Shown: positions 63,470 through 64,000 of the stretch, piece after piece
How positions within the stretch are numbered: the stretch's first letter is position 1
Layout of the letters: each line of letters begins with the position of its first letter
Assembly (NCBI GenBank): GCA_036172245.1
Contig: JAYWIR010000006.1
Location: 2,294,001-2,358,000 of the forward strand
Direction of reading: 5' to 3'
DNA: 64,000 nucleotides
From: Raillietiella orientalis
Lineage: Eukaryota
The notes under the pieces: generated by a model
Database searches by the model: none
What the model was told of the DNA's origin: nothing
The model's input: the letters and a program-made list of their open reading frames with translations, nothing else
Program-made: the position numbers and the translations under genes

Positions 63470-63507
63470 GCACTAATTTATGAGCTTGTGAGCTCATAAA
63501 TTAGTGC
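63470..63507. repeat. Perfect inverted repeat, 17-bp stem, 4-nt loop
   Basis: GCACTAATTTATGAGCT, loop tgtg, AGCTCATAAATTAGTGC. Confidence 0.95.
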
Positions 63508-64000
63508 CCTGAAGATGAGTAATATTATTGTGAAGACCTTGCTTTTGAGAGCGGACTCGAAGGGATCGAAGGGCGTAGTACTGAATACATAAAACTCCTT
63601 ATTCTTTTTCTTATTTCGAAATCATTTATGTAGAGAGTACTCCACTGTCTGTTTGTATTTATTCTGTGATTCAACAAACATCTCTTGAAAAGATGAGAAT
63701 CCATCCAAATAGCTTTCGCCTCCTCATCCAAGGCCCCCCATTCGTTGTTTGTGTCTCCATTTGAATCCTGGCACGTAAGTAAACTTGTTTCTTTGTGTGA
63801 GCATCATTTCACTTCCTGTTGCATCGGAAGTTTCGTCGACGGAAAGGAATATTTTGAACAACAGTAAATGGCATTTGTTTTCCATACAATGCATTCACGA
63901 TCATGGAAGTCCCGTTATTTCATTTCTATCACACGAGTCCATCGAAGCATGACACTCATACATACAATCACGCGCCACGAGAGTACATTGAAAACTCCTA

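Noticed and set aside
63460..63540. Hammerhead ribozyme or Penelope-type end (hairpin followed by CTGAAGA)
   Set aside because: CUGAAGA is present, but there is no proper stem II and no GAAA core (the sequence reads GTGAAG), and no GIY-YIG or Penelope RT is recognisable nearby.

Overview
Eukaryotic, almost certainly arthropod, genomic DNA with two well-supported protein-coding genes. (1) An RREB1/hindsight (pebbled)-type C2H2 zinc-finger transcription factor on the + strand. Its ~3.1-kb main exon is 22168-25242, and two upstream exons inferred from splice sites (18087-18138/18147 and 21921-22093) give a ~1099-aa protein. (2) A 7-exon syntaxin-7/12-family Qa-SNARE on the - strand (60710-59547, 269 aa), five of whose six coding introns are only 41-44 nt. 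The rest is a gene-poor, very CpG-rich regulatory-type landscape with microsatellites, long homopolymers, purine tracts, a 33-bp minisatellite and many heavily decayed retrotransposon relics (RTE-like, I/Jockey-like, one Ty3/Gypsy-like). It changes to AT-rich, CpG-poor DNA around the syntaxin gene. Almost all long GC-rich ORFs in the track look spurious. I found no rRNA, tRNA or CRISPR array and no intact mobile element, and I cannot demonstrate a new biological system. The most unusual signals are a set of sequence-unrelated perfect 13-23-bp hairpins, the micro-introns, a degenerate zinc finger in RREB1, and tandem in-frame splice donors. All family assignments come from motif recognition by eye, not database searches.
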